Shown: positions 44,495-54,742 of the stretch, in pieces
How the letters are laid out: each line of letters begins with the position of its first letter
How positions within the stretch are numbered: position 1 is the stretch's first letter
From: Limisphaerales bacterium
GTDB taxonomy: Bacteria; Verrucomicrobiota; Verrucomicrobiia; Limisphaerales; UBA8199
Reading direction: 5' to 3'
NCBI GenBank assembly: GCA_044223735.1
Contig: JBGALR010000026.1
Span: 21,841-85,840, forward strand
DNA length: 64,000 bases
Made by a program: the position numbers and the translations under genes
The notes under the pieces: model-generated
Seen by the model: the letters and a program-made list of their open reading frames with translations, nothing else
Told to the model about the DNA's origin: nothing
Database searches by the model: none

Positions 44495-46765
44495 CTATTT
44501 CGCCGGCTCCGGCGCTTTGGTTTCGGGGGCAGGTGCGGGCGAGGCGGGTGCCGGTGCCGGAGCGACTGCCGCCTTTTCGGCTTTGAGAGGTCGTTCAGTG
44601 CCGAGGCGACCATCGCTCCATTGGTAGATGTAGCCCATCTTGTTCAGGATGAAACAAGCTATCAAAACAATGATGATGCCGATGATGATTTTGGGCCACG
44701 GACTTTTTTTCTCGGCGTAGGGATCGGATCCGGTTTCCGCGCCCGGGGGCAGCGTGGCGATCTGGGTCAGAGATTTGCCAAACGGCACGTTGATCTTGGC
44801 TTTGGCGTTCACTGCCCAGCCGTTGGCATCCAGGATGGGCCCGAGGTTGCGTTTGCGGAGTTTGAGCCAGGCCAGCAACATGGACGGACCGGATATGAGG
44901 AGAATGATTGCGATAATCCCGATGGGCATCAGGCCCTTCAAATTCAGGAAACCACTGATGATGCCACCTATCATGCCGCCCAAGCCGGCTGCGCCGACGC
45001 TTAAAGCGGCGATGAGTCCTGGATCGAGCTTTTGTTTGGCGGGTTCGGCGGCAGGAGCCGGCACGGGTGCGGGCGCCGTTGGGGCAACGGTTGACTGTTC
45101 GAGCTTCATTGCCGCTTGCGCCATCTTCGCGGTTGCCGCAGAGTCCGCCGCCGCGGCCCGCTTGGCGATTTGTTCCTGAATCATCCGGGCGACTTTTTTG
45201 TAAGGCGACCAGAATGCTTGGCGGATGCTGATGGGGTTATCAATAATCCTGGTGATGGTCGCATCCCAGTCGCGTCCTTTGCGGTCGTAGAAAATTCCGT
45301 TGCGGCCGACCATCAGATTGTCCGAGTCGCCGTCCGTGAAGGCGGCAAGGATCTGCATCTTCTCGTTGGAGCCTTTCCGCGCACAGTCGCAATAGGCGAG
45401 ATAACTGCCTGCGAGGGAGGCCATGATACCGTGTTTGCCGGGGTCTTCCACGGTCATGCACAGGTCACAACTGCGCTGGTCCAGATACAACGTGCCAGCC
45501 TGGAAAATCGCCTTTTCCTTGCGGCTGTAAAAGTCGCGGAAAGAAACGAAATTATTGCAAAGCTTGTAAAGATCCCGATGATAACGAATCAACCTCTCCA
45601 CCGAGCCAATGGCGTTAAATTCCGGTTCCAGCTTTTTATCATCCGCGATGAGCGCCGTAATTTTTTCCTTTGCTTTGCTGGCGAGGATTTCCTGAATACG
45701 CTTGATACCGAGCTTTTCCACAGTTGCGCCGGTTTTGATCGCATACCAGGCATCGAACGGCGAAAGTTTACCGAGCAGGTCTGACCATTCGGCTTCGGTC
45801 AGTGATGATTTCTCCCCCAGAATCGGTTTTACAGCGTTCATTTGAAAAGCGGCCAGCGCGGCTGCCCAGGCGGGATTGACGCCTTCCTTCAACGGCAGAG
45901 CCCGGCCTGCAGCGATGTGCGCCAGAGGCAAGGCGACAATGTCTTCCGAGGCATTGGTTAGGGATTTGACACCGAGTGCCAGATACTCCTTCTCTTCGCG
46001 ATTCATCCCGCCCACTGAGCGCGGATCGAACGCCGCGAGACGGCAGCGCGTGAAATAATCGTCGGCTTTGACTTTGACGGCTTTGACGGCGTCGGCGGCC
46101 GCAAAGGTGCCTTCACCGCATGGCAGGGTGGCTGCGTTGTCGGCGGCTTTTTTGCGCCAGTCGGCGTAGGCTTGGGCCTCGGCGAAAAACTGGTCCACCT
46201 TTGCCTGGTTCACGCCGGGTTTGCCACTACGATCCGGCTCCGAACCGAAACAAGCGATGATGTCATTGATGACGGACTTGGTCGTTTCGTCGCCTGCCGA
46301 TTCTGCCGGGACGATGCCATCGCCGTTGAACAGGGTCTCCACGAACTTGGACGTGACTGCGGCGGTGTCTTCCAAACTAATGGCGGAGGCATCCTTTTTG
46401 AGCGTGCCGAGAATCTGTTTGGCCGAGGCCAGCAATTGCTGGCCTTCAGGCGTGGCATCGTTGATGGAACTGAGCGGCAGGGCGGCATGGGCCTTCACCA
46501 ACTCGTCGGGATTTTTCAACATTGAATAAGCCCACTTAGCGGCAGTGATCAATTCCGGAGCGCGAATGCGACCATCCTTGTCGGTGTCGATCAGAGCAAG
46601 GGTTGCGGCATCGAACTCCAAACCGGTGGTGGGGCAGGCGAGAGCCACCCACAATTTTTGATCAAGCTGGTCGAGTGCTTCGAGGTCCGCCCCGGTTTCT
46701 AGGCGAACCTGGGCAAAGCCACCCGCGCGAAAGAATTTCCAGTGATGATGCGATTTCATAGACAT
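44495..46765 (-). CDS. Large hypothetical membrane protein with a canonical N-terminal EF-hand loop
   Basis: The start was set at MSMKSHH. The EF-hand loop DTDKDGRIRAPE lies at 46553-46588. A soluble region of about 560 aa is followed by Pro/Ala-rich linkers and 3 hydrophobic segments. Confidence 0.65.
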   Translation of the reverse strand: MSMKSHHHWKFFRAGGFAQVRLETGADLEALDQLDQKLWVALACPTTGLEFDAATLALIDTDKDGRIRAPELITAAKWAYSMLKNPDELVKAHAALPLSSINDATPEGQQLLASAKQILGTLKKDASAISLEDTAAVTSKFVETLFNGDGIVPAESAGDETTKSVINDIIACFGSEPDRSGKPGVNQAKVDQFFAEAQAYADWRKKAADNAATLPCGEGTFAAADAVKAVKVKADDYFTRCRLAAFDPRSVGGMNREEKEYLALGVKSLTNASEDIVALPLAHIAAGRALPLKEGVNPAWAAALAAFQMNAVKPILGEKSSLTEAEWSDLLGKLSPFDAWYAIKTGATVEKLGIKRIQEILASKAKEKITALIADDKKLEPEFNAIGSVERLIRYHRDLYKLCNNFVSFRDFYSRKEKAIFQAGTLYLDQRSCDLCMTVEDPGKHGIMASLAGSYLAYCDCARKGSNEKMQILAAFTDGDSDNLMVGRNGIFYDRKGRDWDATITRIIDNPISIRQAFWSPYKKVARMIQEQIAKRAAAADSAATAKMAQAAMKLEQSTVAPTAPAPVPAPAAEPAKQKLDPGLIAALSVGAAGLGGMIGGIISGFLNLKGLMPIGIIAIILLISGPSMLLAWLKLRKRNLGPILDANGWAVNAKAKINVPFGKSLTQIATLPPGAETGSDPYAEKKSPWPKIIIGIIIVLIACFILNKMGYIYQWSDGRLGTERPLKAEKAAVAPAPAPASPAPAPETKAPEPAK

Positions 46766-47247
46766 TTGTATAGGTTGATTTGAGGGAACGATAAAAGAGT
46801 CCACAATGGCGCGTGTTTAATGTCCCATTCGCGCCGTTTCAGGGTATATTGACGTGAGGCAGCCAAAACCTGCCGGGCCCGATCTTGCGCCCAGCAAGGT
46901 CGGATGACCATTTCCCCGCCGCTTGAATTGATCCTGCCATCAATGCAATCCCTCAGGGCTGCGCCCTCGGGTGAAAGTGAGAATATAGAGAAAATCCGGC
47001 AGAGTATAGGATTTTTACCCGCGCGGATTGTCCCGGCCTGAGACACCAGAGGCGGATCGAGACACACCACAAGACAATCCCCGGGGGGAAAATTACGGAG
47101 AGAAATGGCCGTTGCCGGGAAGTGGGACAAACGATCACAGCAACTGACTCATTTTCGTCCGCCGCTTTTGGAAATGGTATGGAAAGTGCACACGGTGTCC
47201 ACAATTAGGTCTGAGCCGTGACCGAATAAACAGAAAGGCAAATTATA

Positions 47248-47901
47248 ATGAAAAACAGCATAAAATACACAGCCGTGGCGGCCCTGCTTAGCCTGGCTTC
47301 AGTCAATGCGTGGGCGGATCAAACGAACCTGGTACGGAATTTCGACATCCAGCTTTCAGGATTCCAACAGGGTGATACGACGACAACCAAGAACGTGACC
47401 ACCACTGAGGTGAATAAGGTGAAATTCGACGGCAACGACATCGTCGCCGCCATCGGTACGGCCACAGGAAACAGCTTCTCGTCGAACGCGCGCTTGGTAG
47501 TGATCACGGCCGTGCCCAGTGGAGCAAGCCATATTGAAATCCGGGACGGTGCCACGAAATTCGACGCCACGCCGTTTTTCGCCCAAACTTATGTGACTGA
47601 CGCGGTCGGCAAATCCACCGTCAACTCCAAAAACGGAAAGTCGAGCGGCAGCAATTACAGCATCCAACAGTTTTGGCTGGTAGATGGCAACGGTTACTCG
47701 TTGTCCTTTCACTTCTCACTGAGCGGAATCGCCGTTGAGAACTTTTCCATTCCCGCCATTCCTGGCCCGCGCAGCGAATTGAAAGCGGACATTTCAGGTC
47801 AGGGTGACCTTGATGGCCAACTATTGATTCTTCAGGGTTCGCTGAAGGTTACGGGCCAAACTGTGGAAGTCGTCGCCGGTGGCAGCGGCCCGCCCGCATA
47901 A
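47248..47901 (+). CDS. Secreted hypothetical protein
   Basis: 217 aa with a signal peptide (AALLSLASVNAWADQ) and beta-rich Thr/Ser/Gly composition. No family was recognised. Confidence 0.6.
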   Translation: MKNSIKYTAVAALLSLASVNAWADQTNLVRNFDIQLSGFQQGDTTTTKNVTTTEVNKVKFDGNDIVAAIGTATGNSFSSNARLVVITAVPSGASHIEIRDGATKFDATPFFAQTYVTDAVGKSTVNSKNGKSSGSNYSIQQFWLVDGNGYSLSFHFSLSGIAVENFSIPAIPGPRSELKADISGQGDLDGQLLILQGSLKVTGQTVEVVAGGSGPPA

Positions 47902-47947
47902 GTGATGTGGTCGCGATCGGCGCACTCATACAACACGCCGAATCGTC

Positions 47948-47987
47948 CAGGACAGGAGCCTTCGCGTTCCTGTCCTGAAACTTTTTG
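47948..47987 (+). terminator. Candidate rho-independent terminator
   Basis: The stem CAGGACAGGA / TCCTGTCCTG (47948-47977) is followed by AAACTTTTT. Confidence 0.55.
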
Positions 47988-48200
47988 ATGGTCTCAATGT
48001 CTTGAATTCATTGGGATTGCGCTCAAATGCGACTGGCACGGCTTTTGCGATTCTATCTTTTGTAGGTTCCTTGCCTACATCCTCCTGAGTGAGGGCGGTG
48101 CCGAGACCAACAGGTATCGCCCTCCTCTTTTTCACGGTTGGGTTGGGGGCGGCGCGGCCTAACAGCCGAGCCGCCCTGCTTTTGGTTCGGTTGCCGGAGC

Positions 48201-48956
48201 CTAGCTCCGAACGGAGCCACCTTTCAATCCAGATGAATCGTTGATTCGACGGAGTTCGAGGACGAACGTGGGCGATTCTCCCTGCGCTGCCTGCCGCCAG
48301 CACTCATTCACTGCCCGAGCGGCGCGTTTGAATCGTTTGTTGCGGATGGTCCATTGCTTAATAGCCAAATAGAAAGCCGTGCTGAGAGTGGTGGTGATCA
48401 CCAGCGCCAGCTTCCAACCCACGCAGTATATTAACACGAGAAACGTCACCGGCATGGCGAAATAGATGCCCAGCGCGGAATTCTGGATCTTGCGGAAATA
48501 GCTGTAGTCCTCAGCGGCGGCAGATTGTGCCAATTCCGCCCTGGTCGGTGGGTTGAATCCACCTTCTTCCGTTCCGCTGAAACAGCGGAGCGCGTAGTCG
48601 CCTTTCGGAACGTGGATAAGGCTTTCGTCGTCAGTAATTCGGGGTTTGGGAGAGCGGTAATCCTCTACACTTCCGATGACGAGACGGCCCGTTGGAACGC
48701 GAATCAAGAATTCTCCTGCCGGCGGCTTGCACTGTTTTATCACCACCCCTGGTATCTCTTCATTCACAAAAACGTCGATTGGTACACCACCGTCGCCCCC
48801 CGTGTGAATCAGGAAAAGGTAGCCTGCGTTGGCCTCGTCTTCCAACGCCTTCGCACAAGCTTTGCCGTGCGAGTTGCCCAATGGTGAATCGCTTCGGCTG
48901 GCGTCCCAAACGCCGACCATGGCGACGTCCGTTGCAGCGTTGACGCGGTGTTTCAA
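48201..48956 (-). CDS. Hypothetical protein with a soluble N-terminal domain and two C-terminal TM segments
   Basis: 251-aa ORF with the hydrophobic segments ALGIYFAMPVTFLVLIYCVGW and LALVITTTLSTAFYLAI. No family was recognised. Confidence 0.55.
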   Translation of the reverse strand: MKHRVNAATDVAMVGVWDASRSDSPLGNSHGKACAKALEDEANAGYLFLIHTGGDGGVPIDVFVNEEIPGVVIKQCKPPAGEFLIRVPTGRLVIGSVEDYRSPKPRITDDESLIHVPKGDYALRCFSGTEEGGFNPPTRAELAQSAAAEDYSYFRKIQNSALGIYFAMPVTFLVLIYCVGWKLALVITTTLSTAFYLAIKQWTIRNKRFKRAARAVNECWRQAAQGESPTFVLELRRINDSSGLKGGSVRS

Positions 48957-49232
48957 GGAAGCGTTCGTGTTCGGAATGGTTACAGGTTCGTGAGAACGCT
49001 CGCCGGTTTGTAGAAAAGCTTTCTCTGTTTTTCTTCTAAATCAGTCGAGAAATCAACGGCTTTATCTTGCGGTTAGTATTTGCAGGATTATGCACCTCGA
49101 TTATCTTGTCAACCGCCAATCCACTTGACTTTTTAAATCTCCCCACTATTCTCGGCGCGTCGATTCTGAGAAATTTACGCAACGATTATTTAGGGTTGAT
49201 AACTCCGCCGTGTGCATAGGATGGGAACGAAT

Positions 49233-49976
49233 ATGAAATCAATAGCAGGAGCGGTTGCCTTGACAATGGTTCTGGCCGGATCGGTCGAAGCACAAACCAG
49301 TTTTTACAAAAAAGTGGGCGACCGAGTGGTGCCGAAGAATTCTCAGGACTGGAGGGTGATGCGTGATAGATTGGAAGTTGCCGCCGTTAATGCAAACAAG
49401 CTCGTCATTCGTACATTTAAAGTGGAGGAAAAATCGGGAGCTATCAGGCCCGGCACGGTTGCGGCGAACCGCACGCAGAAAAAAACTTACATGGAAGAAT
49501 TCACCCTGATCAACTATCCTGGCACGGGAGGGTTCAAAGGCGGGGACGAGATTCACGGACCAATCATGGCAATGCCCACCGGGACCACCAAGGTTTTGAT
49601 TACTTGGGCGCCAACGGAATTGGACCTTCGCTATGCCAGCGGTCGAGGTTGGGTCGACCTTCCGCTTTACGATTACGGGACGGATTTTACGCCGGCGACG
49701 AGCCCCGTGAAAGTCAAGACGGCAGCCGGGGACACAAACAGCGCATCTTCGACTGGGGGGGCTAAAAAACCTGATGCAGCGGCGGTCGCCACTTTCAAAT
49801 TCCATCTCCAAAAAGCGATGGCGGGCGAAGTGGGGAGCCAATATCGTGTGGGGCAGCTTTACCTTGAGGGCAAGGGTGTGGAACAAAACACCAAGCAAGC
49901 CATCATGTGGTTTGAAAAAGCCAAAGCGCAGGGCAACGAAGAAGCTGCCGCGGAACTTATCACGCTCGGCAAATAG
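49233..49976 (+). CDS. Secreted protein with a C-terminal Sel1-like (TPR-type) repeat
   Basis: Signal peptide MKSIAGAVALTMVLAGSVEAQ. The C-terminus reads GSQYRVGQLYLEGKGVEQNTKQAIMWFEKAKAQGNEEA. Confidence 0.65.
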   Translation: MKSIAGAVALTMVLAGSVEAQTSFYKKVGDRVVPKNSQDWRVMRDRLEVAAVNANKLVIRTFKVEEKSGAIRPGTVAANRTQKKTYMEEFTLINYPGTGGFKGGDEIHGPIMAMPTGTTKVLITWAPTELDLRYASGRGWVDLPLYDYGTDFTPATSPVKVKTAAGDTNSASSTGGAKKPDAAAVATFKFHLQKAMAGEVGSQYRVGQLYLEGKGVEQNTKQAIMWFEKAKAQGNEEAAAELITLGK

Positions 49977-50030
49977 GCGGCCCATCCGCGGGTTCGGCAA
50001 TCGAATCGGTACATTTATCCCTCACCGCCG

Positions 50031-51245
50031 CTAAATCTGGTGGCAGAACATCGCGTCCCGCAATTTTGGCTCAAACCAAGTGCTCTTCGGCGGCATGATG
50101 CCCCCGGCATCGGCGATTGACATCAGGTCTTCGATGCTTGTGGGGAACATCGAGAAGGCGCACACATATTCGCCGCTGTTTACCAATTTTTCAAGCTCGC
50201 CCGTTCCGCGAATCCCCCCGACAAAATTGATGCGTTTACTCGTGCGCGGATTGGTGATGCCGAAAATGGGCTCGAGCACGTACCTTTGCAGCAGCGTGAC
50301 GTCGAGGTTTTCAATCGCGTCGCGATTAGCTGTGAGGCGCGAGTGAAAGCGCAGTCCGTGCCAACGCCCGCCAAGATATAACGCCAAATCATGCTTGGCA
50401 AAAGGTTTGGCGGAAGTCCTCGGCTGGATTTCAAAAACCGCCTTCAGCTTTTCGAGCACTTGCTGTTCCGAATGGCCGTTGAAATCCTTCAGGACGCGAT
50501 TATACGGCAGAATCTGCATCTGATTGTGCGGGAAGATGACGCTAAGGAAGGTCGAGCTGTCCCCCGCACCCTTGCGGCTCTGATATACTCTCCCCGCTGC
50601 AGCACTGCGATGATGACCATCGGCGATGTAAAGAAAGGGAATCGCCGCAAACTCCTGTTCGATCAGAGCGATTTCCTCCTCGTCGGTAATCACCCAGGCC
50701 GTGTGGCGGACCCCATCTTTGGCGGTGAAATCAACATTCGCCTTTTCGGCGGATTTCTTCGCTGCGAATTGGTCGATCCCCTTCGTCGCGCGATAGGTCA
50801 GAAACACCGGACCGGTTTGCGAATTGAGTGTTTCGATATGGCGCACGCGATCATCTTCCTTGTCTGGACGCGTGAGTTCGTGCTTCTTAATGATTCCTTT
50901 GATGTAATCCTCGCAGCTGGCGGCTGCCACCAAGCCGGTCTGCACATGGTTCCCCATGATCTGCCGATAAAAATAAAAGCAAGGTTTCGAGTCCTGTTGC
51001 AGCACGCCTTCCTTGATTAGCCGGGTGAAATTCTCCTTGCCTTGGGCATAAACCTCCGCGGAATAAACGTCAGTCGCCGGCGGCAGGTCAATTTCCGGTT
51101 TACTGACGTGGAGAAAGCTCAACGGATTTCCCGCGGCCATATGGCGCGCTTCGTCGGACGACATTACGTCGTAAGGTAGTTCGCAAATTTGCGCGGCAAG
51201 TTCTGGTTTCGGTCGCAACGCCGCAAAAGGTTTAATCGTGGCCAT
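50031..51245 (-). CDS. DUF1015 domain-containing protein
   Basis: MATIKPFAALRPKPELAAQICELPYDVMSSDEAR is the family-typical N-terminus. Total length is 404 aa. Confidence 0.8.
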   Translation of the reverse strand: MATIKPFAALRPKPELAAQICELPYDVMSSDEARHMAAGNPLSFLHVSKPEIDLPPATDVYSAEVYAQGKENFTRLIKEGVLQQDSKPCFYFYRQIMGNHVQTGLVAAASCEDYIKGIIKKHELTRPDKEDDRVRHIETLNSQTGPVFLTYRATKGIDQFAAKKSAEKANVDFTAKDGVRHTAWVITDEEEIALIEQEFAAIPFLYIADGHHRSAAAGRVYQSRKGAGDSSTFLSVIFPHNQMQILPYNRVLKDFNGHSEQQVLEKLKAVFEIQPRTSAKPFAKHDLALYLGGRWHGLRFHSRLTANRDAIENLDVTLLQRYVLEPIFGITNPRTSKRINFVGGIRGTGELEKLVNSGEYVCAFSMFPTSIEDLMSIADAGGIMPPKSTWFEPKLRDAMFCHQI

Positions 51246-51316
51246 AAATGAGGCGCGAAGATAAGGGAGGCGGAAATCCTTTGCCAATTGAAACTGCGAC
51301 CTCCAAATTCTGCGGG

Positions 51317-53059
51317 GTGACGTTTCTCCCCATAGTCGTGCGGGAATTAAGGGTGGCTGCGCGAAAACGCCGGACGTTCTGGCTTCGGGTCGTGGCGGCC
51401 CTCGTGGCGCTCATTATCGGAGCCGGCATGCTGATCCTAAGCTCGGCGGGCGCGTTTCCCGGGGCGACTCTCGGAGGTGTCTTATTCGGCATCCTTACGT
51501 GGATGTTACTGATTACCGCTCTTGCCGCCGGCGCTTTTTTCACCGCCGATTGCTTAAGCGAGGAAAAGCGGGAAGGGACACTTGGTTTTCTTTTTCTGAC
51601 CGATCTGCGGGGTTATGATGTGACGGGTGGGAAGTTGCTGGCCACATCTCTGCGAGTTTTTTATGCATTGCTGGCAGTATTTCCCGTGCTGGCCATCAGC
51701 TTGACGATGGGCGGCGTGACGGGGGTGCAGTTTTGGAAAACCACGCTCGCTTTGATGAACGCGCTATTTTGCTCGTTGACGGCGGGAATGTTCGTGTCTT
51801 CGATCAGTCGTGAATCACAAAAGGCATTGGGCGGCACATTGTTTGTGATATTTTTGTGGGCTGCGGGCGGACCGATCGCGGATGGCATTATCGCCGCAAA
51901 GAAAGGTATGGGCTTTGCGCCCTATTACAGCCTCTCCAGCCCATACTATATGTTTGGCCAAGCTGACTCCTGGGGGAAGTCGTCGTATTGGACGGGCTTG
52001 ATGATCACGCAAGGATTGGCTTGGACTTTATTTGCCATCGCGAGTTTTCAGATACAGCGTGCGTGGCAGGAAAAGCGCCCGCGTGCGGGCTCGGGTGCTT
52101 CTGCCTTGTCCTATGGCTGGCGTTATGGTGGGCGTCAACGCCGTGATGCGATTCGACAAAAGCTTGTCGGGTTGAATCCCGTCCTGTGGCTGGTGTGCCG
52201 CGAACGCTGGCAATCGAGTGGTGTTTGGGCGATCTTGATCCTTCTGGCTGGTCCGATCGCGCTTTGCTACGCCATGGAGGTGCCGGAGGTCGCCGTGATG
52301 TTGTGGAAGCTTGTTGGCAGTATTTGCGTTTGGGTTCTTTACTTGTGGGCGTCGTCTCAAGCGAGCCGTTTCTTCATTGAGGCTCGGCGCAGTGGCATGA
52401 TGGAATTGCTCCTCGCCACGCCCTTGACGGTGGGAGAAATTCTTCGCGGCCAATGGCGCGCGCTCGGCCGGTTGTTTGGGCTGCCGACCCTCCTCATCCT
52501 TGGAATAATATTTTTTGGCGCTTTAGCAGGCGGTTCTTCCTCCATAATGCGATCCTTCAGTCGCCCCGGCGTGGGACCTGGCTGGGAGAGGGATTTGCTG
52601 ATGGCGTTATTGAACACCTTGGGCACAACTGCGAATCTCGCCGCCCTGCTTTGGTTTGGAATGTGGATGGGGCTGACCTCAAAAAACTTTAGTCTCGCCA
52701 CCTTGAAAACCTTTGGCTTCGTCCAGGTGATACCGAGCCTCATAATCAGTTTTGCCTCCATGATATTTGCGGCAATGGTGATCCTGCCTGCTCTTTCGAA
52801 GCTCTCGATGCAAACTGGCGCTGCTGGCGGAGCAGCCACCTCCACGCTCTTTGGATGGTACCCCTTGTTGACGATGCTGGGAACGTGCGTGCTGACCGTT
52901 CTGAAAGACGTGGCTTTTGTGGCCTGGGCGCGACACCGGATGAATCATTCGTTCCGGCAGCAGGCATCGCGAACTTTTATGCCGGTCCCGGTGGTGCCAC
53001 CCCGCATCCCCATGCCGCCGCCCATAGCCGTCCCACCGCTGCCGCCGCCGCGCATTTGA
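51317..53059 (+). CDS. Fused double ABC-2-type permease-like membrane protein (paralog 1)
   Basis: A GTG start (VTFLPIVVRELRVA) was chosen by analogy with the paralog N-terminus MMTFLPIVSRELRIA, although ATG 51248 is also open. The permease motif occurs twice: CLSEEKREGTLGFLFLTDLRGYDV and MELLLATPLTVGEILRGQW. Confidence 0.65.
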   Translation: MTFLPIVVRELRVAARKRRTFWLRVVAALVALIIGAGMLILSSAGAFPGATLGGVLFGILTWMLLITALAAGAFFTADCLSEEKREGTLGFLFLTDLRGYDVTGGKLLATSLRVFYALLAVFPVLAISLTMGGVTGVQFWKTTLALMNALFCSLTAGMFVSSISRESQKALGGTLFVIFLWAAGGPIADGIIAAKKGMGFAPYYSLSSPYYMFGQADSWGKSSYWTGLMITQGLAWTLFAIASFQIQRAWQEKRPRAGSGASALSYGWRYGGRQRRDAIRQKLVGLNPVLWLVCRERWQSSGVWAILILLAGPIALCYAMEVPEVAVMLWKLVGSICVWVLYLWASSQASRFFIEARRSGMMELLLATPLTVGEILRGQWRALGRLFGLPTLLILGIIFFGALAGGSSSIMRSFSRPGVGPGWERDLLMALLNTLGTTANLAALLWFGMWMGLTSKNFSLATLKTFGFVQVIPSLIISFASMIFAAMVILPALSKLSMQTGAAGGAATSTLFGWYPLLTMLGTCVLTVLKDVAFVAWARHRMNHSFRQQASRTFMPVPVVPPRIPMPPPIAVPPLPPPRI

Positions 53060-53060
53060 T

Positions 53061-54722
53061 ATGATGACCTTTCTCCCGATCGTCAGCCGTGAACTGCGGA
53101 TCGCCTCGCGCCGCGCCAGCACTTATTGGGTGCGATGTCTGGCCGCGTTGTTGCTCATCATCATCGGCACGTGGTTTTTCGTGATGATGCAATCGGAACC
53201 ACCTCAAGAGATGGCGATTTTCCTGTTTCAGGTTTTGACGGCTATTGCCGTCTTCAATTGTTTGCTTCGTGGCGTCTGGTCCACTGCCGATTCGTTAAGT
53301 GAAGAAAAGCGGGAAGGCACGCTCGGTCTCTTATTTCTGACTGACTTGAAGGGCTACGACGTGGTGCTGGGAAAACTGGCAGCCACCTCGCTGAACGGCC
53401 TCTATGGTTTGCTGGCGGTTGTCCCTTTGCTGGCCGTGCCGCTGCTGATGGGGGGCGTGACACCCGGTGAATTCGGGCGAATGGCGCTCGTGGCACTCAA
53501 TACGCTCTTCTTTTCGCTCACGCTTGGCATTTGTGTTTCCTCGATGAGCCGCTCGGCGCGCAGCGCTTTGTCCGTCGCTTTTTTAATTATTTTTTTCATG
53601 ACCGCCGTCCTGCCGGTGTTCGGTGCCTACCTCGCCCATTACTGGCAGGATCCTTCCGTCACGAGTTATTTCCTGATGCCGAACCCCGGCTTTAGTTATT
53701 ACCTCGCCTTCGACAAGTTGTATTCCGCGCGCCAGCATGACTACCTCGTTTCGATGCTAACCATTCACGGGCTGAGCTGGGTGTTCTTTGTGCTGGCCTG
53801 TTTGATCGCGCCTCGCTCCTGGCAGGACAAACCGTCCGGTGTGAAACGGGTTCGCTGGTCGGAGAATTTTCGTTCCTGGAGCTACGGCAATATCGTCGAA
53901 CGGATCGCTTACCGCCGACATCTCTTGAGCAAGAATGCCTATTTCTGGCTGGCAGCCCGCGCGCGCCTTAAACCAATGACCCTCTGGTTCGTGCTCGGTC
54001 TTATTGCCTGCGGCTGGGCGTGGGGCGTCGCTAAATATCATCGGGACTGGTTCAACGAAGGTATTTACGTCGCGACCGGGGTATTGTTGAATTTGCTGCT
54101 CAAAATGTGGTTCTGCATGGAGGCGGGGCAGCAGATTTCGGAGGATCGCAAGAACGGCGCGCTGGAGTTGCTGCTTTCCACCCCGTTAAGCGTTCGGAAT
54201 ATATTGCACGGACAATTCCTTGCCTTGCGACGACAGTTTCTCGGGCCAGTCGTGGTGGTGCTCGTCGCGTTTTTCCTTTTTATGGTGGGTGAATCGGCCG
54301 AATACACCAGCAAGGAAGAACGAACGATGTGGGTATTGTTTTGGTTCGCGAGCATGGTGATGCTGGTTGCCGACCTGGTGGCCTTGTATTGGGTCGGCAT
54401 GTGGCAGGCGCTCACGGCGCGAAATCCGACCCGCGCGGCCAGCCAGAGTTTTTCGCGCATCCTGGTTTTGCCTTGGGCGGCGTTTGGCCTTCTGTCGCTG
54501 CTCGTTGGGCTGCTGTCGATCAACTCCAACGGCGGGCCGGGTCCGGGATTTTTCATGGGACTGTGGTTTGTGTTGGGCCTTGCGGCGGACATTGGTTTTG
54601 GCTTTTGGGCCCGCCATAAATTGCTGACGGAATTTCGGGCCGCCGCCGCTAGGCGCTATAACGCACGAGTGGGATTCTTTAAACGGCTTTTTGGCGGCAA
54701 AGGTCCTGAAATGCCGTCTTAA
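53061..54722 (+). CDS. Fused double ABC-2-type permease-like membrane protein (paralog 2)
   Basis: SLSEEKREGTLGLLFLTDLKGYDV and ALELLLSTPLSVRNILHGQF give the permease motif twice, with many TM segments. The gene starts 2 nt after paralog 1. Confidence 0.7.
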   Translation: MMTFLPIVSRELRIASRRASTYWVRCLAALLLIIIGTWFFVMMQSEPPQEMAIFLFQVLTAIAVFNCLLRGVWSTADSLSEEKREGTLGLLFLTDLKGYDVVLGKLAATSLNGLYGLLAVVPLLAVPLLMGGVTPGEFGRMALVALNTLFFSLTLGICVSSMSRSARSALSVAFLIIFFMTAVLPVFGAYLAHYWQDPSVTSYFLMPNPGFSYYLAFDKLYSARQHDYLVSMLTIHGLSWVFFVLACLIAPRSWQDKPSGVKRVRWSENFRSWSYGNIVERIAYRRHLLSKNAYFWLAARARLKPMTLWFVLGLIACGWAWGVAKYHRDWFNEGIYVATGVLLNLLLKMWFCMEAGQQISEDRKNGALELLLSTPLSVRNILHGQFLALRRQFLGPVVVVLVAFFLFMVGESAEYTSKEERTMWVLFWFASMVMLVADLVALYWVGMWQALTARNPTRAASQSFSRILVLPWAAFGLLSLLVGLLSINSNGGPGPGFFMGLWFVLGLAADIGFGFWARHKLLTEFRAAAARRYNARVGFFKRLFGGKGPEMPS

Positions 54723-54742
54723 TGGAACGGTGGGCTGGACAC

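Noticed and set aside
51248-51316. ATG 51248 as the start of the first ABC-2 paralog
   Set aside because: It would add a 23-aa non-hydrophobic extension absent from the paralog and would begin 3 nt from the divergent DUF1015 start. GTG 51317 gives an N-terminus (VTFLPIVVRELRVA) collinear with MMTFLPIVSRELRIA. This is not certain, so ATG 51248 is kept as an alternative.
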